From positions 3,720,001 through 3,784,000 of the forward strand of contig OZ116702.1 of NCBI GenBank assembly GCA_964199315.1: a stretch of DNA of 64,000 nt. Direction: 5' to 3'. Source of the stretch: Orbicella franksi (Eukaryota). The position numbers and the translations under genes are program-made. The notes beneath the pieces were generated by a model. That model had not been told where the DNA came from and ran no database searches. It worked only from the letters and a program-made list of their open reading frames with translations. Below are positions 61,955-64,000 of this stretch, in pieces; the first letter of the stretch is position 1, and each line of letters begins with the position of its first letter.

Positions 61955-63579
61955 TCACTGATATGTATTCAAAAACTAAATGCGCTATAAAAAACGGAAA
62001 CAAAAGAAGCTCCTTCTTTAATTACAACAGAGGAGTGCGACAAGGTTGTATTCTTTCACCATTGCTATTTAACTTATATCTAGATGAATTTCCACGCATA
62101 CTAGAATCCTCAACTGGTACAGATCCAATTATTTTACCAAATGGGTCTCCTCTCAATTGTTTATTTTATGCAGATGATCTCATATTAATATCAAGCAGTG
62201 CTGCTGGTCTTCAAAACCAACTTAATACCCTCCAAAATTATAGCGAGAAATGGTTATTAAAAATTAATTTAAAAAAGACGCAAACCCTAATTTTCCAAAA
62301 ACAAAATCGTAAATCAACACGTGACAAATTTTCCTTCTTTCTAAATGGAAATCCAATTGCCAAGGCTTCACAGTACACCTACCTTGGCGTTACTTTTAAC
62401 ACTAATGGAAGCTTCTCAAATTCTAAAAAGGCTTTAGTTGAGAAGGCTAGAAGATCCATTTTCGCATCCAAACGTTATCTTGATTTCAATAAACTTCCTA
62501 TCAATATGTGTAATAAACTATTTGATACTCTATTTCAACCTATACTTTTATACGGATCCGAAATCTGGGGAGCATACGATAGCATAAACCTCAAAAAATG
62601 GGAAAAAGACCCTGTGGAAAGACTTCATACACAGTTTTACAAATATTACCTCGGCCTCAACAGAAGAGCACCAAATATTGCCGCTCGAAACGAAACAGGA
62701 CGGTTGTCATTAAAATTTAATATTCTTCCAAAAATTATTAAATTTTGGCTACATCTTGTCTCTCTCTCAGAAGATAGCGTTGCCAAACAATGCCTCAATA
62801 TTTCCAATCAACTGGCAAATGAAGCAAAGTCCTCTTTCATGTTAACAGTCAATGAAATCATCAAAAATTATTTAGATGACCAAAACCACCCTCATAATAT
62901 AAACACACACAATTACAATGAACAAATCATCAAACATAATTTACAAAAACTAAAATGTCACATCTCAAATGATATGAAAAGACACCAAATGGAGATAATT
63001 CGGTCTAACAGAAAGTTGAATTTCTACTCAAGTTTTAAAAGAGATGTAAGCAAATCTGAGTACCTAGAACAAGTAATGAACCTCAAACATAGACAAGCTT
63101 TGGCAAAACTCCGATGTGGTAATCATAATCTTAGAATTGAATCTGGGCGACACTGTACTCCTAAATTACCTGAAACTCTTAGAATTTGTCAGTACTGCCG
63201 TTCTAACCAAATTGAGAATGAAATGCATTTCTTATTTCATTGTGACCGATACAATAATATTAGACAACAAGTCACAAATGACATGATCAAGAAATATCCA
63301 AAATTTGATTCCTTTAATAACACAGAGAAAACAATATTTCTATTTAACAATGCTGATACTTTTATTTGTAAAAAACTAGGTTACTTTACATATGAAGCAC
63401 TACAAATAAGAGAACTTTGTAACCCTGGAACTTAAAATGAAGAATCTTGTAACTAACTATTTTTCTTTTTCTTTCTGGTTGCTGTTGTATTTTGTTTCGT
63501 TTTTGAATTTTTATTTAGCGATTCTGCATTTAGGTAACACCATCTATATGGGAATACCAATAAATTGTTGTTGTTGTTG
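61955..63579 (+). mobile_element. 5'-truncated non-LTR retrotransposon (LINE; clade uncertain, RTE-X/Crack-like) with uninterrupted 490-codon RT C-terminus
   Basis: ORF 61963-63435 has RGVRQGCILSPLLFNLY, LFYADDL, YTYLGV, LFDTLFQPILLYGSEIWG and C-terminal ICQYC...ENEMHFLFHC. The 3' end is AATAAA followed by (TTG)n. Confidence 0.92.
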
Positions 63580-64000
63580 ATTTCTTATCTTGACGTCCTC
63601 TTATTATCGCCTGTTATCAATAGCCCCAGGAGATCTGAATAAAATTGCTCTACTCTACTCTTCAAGTAGCCAGGCAAAAACATATGCCGTGAGAAGTATA
63701 TCTTCGTTCAGTGTCCGTTCAGCGAAACTGCCAAAGAAGTTTTAAAAAGAAGACGGCGAAAGAGGTCTCTTGTAACGATTTTCGCCGCGTCTAAAAGTTA
63801 TTGCGAAAATTTCAACAGAGTTTCAACCGAGAATTTACATGATACATTATACATTATACATAGGAGATCATCCAACTGCGGTGAAATGTTTGCCGATAGC
63901 AGCGGAAAATTTCAGGTAAATGTCCGGTTTCAAGTGAGAGTCCGGTTCAATCTTTCAAATGGACGGCAGAAAAAGGCCAAGCTCAGTGAATTTATAGTCG

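Overview
AT-rich, intron-rich eukaryotic genomic DNA, most likely from a stony coral or other anthozoan (inferred from gene content and repeat types, not verified). I assembled spliced genes by hand, with GT-AG introns and reading phase checked at every junction: TOMM7 (+), an HP1/CBX chromobox gene (-), IQCB1/NPHP5 (+), WDR37 (-), a small uncharacterised Cys-rich gene (+), ATXN7L3/SGF11 (-, 17 mostly tiny coding exons) and CFAP410/C21orf2 (+). There is also an intronless class A GPCR (+) and the 2.4-kb terminal exon of a SID-1-family gene (-). Most genes sit in head-to-head pairs with YY1-like motifs. Mobile DNA includes a 5'-truncated Penelope-like retroelement with an inverted 3' repeat in WDR37 intron 7, a 5'-truncated LINE, tRNA-derived SINEs and many MITEs. 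One assembly gap lies at 33663-33849. Best leads: a near-perfect Hub1/UBL5-binding HIND-like motif split across two CFAP410 exons; an intronic box C/D RNA candidate in WDR37; variant hammerhead-like motifs in both Penelope repeats; a TIR/TSD-bounded element carrying exon-like cargo upstream of the SID-1-like exon; a long-TIR element carrying a Penelope fragment; and the orphan Cys-rich microprotein. No CRISPR array, rRNA or intact tRNA gene was seen.
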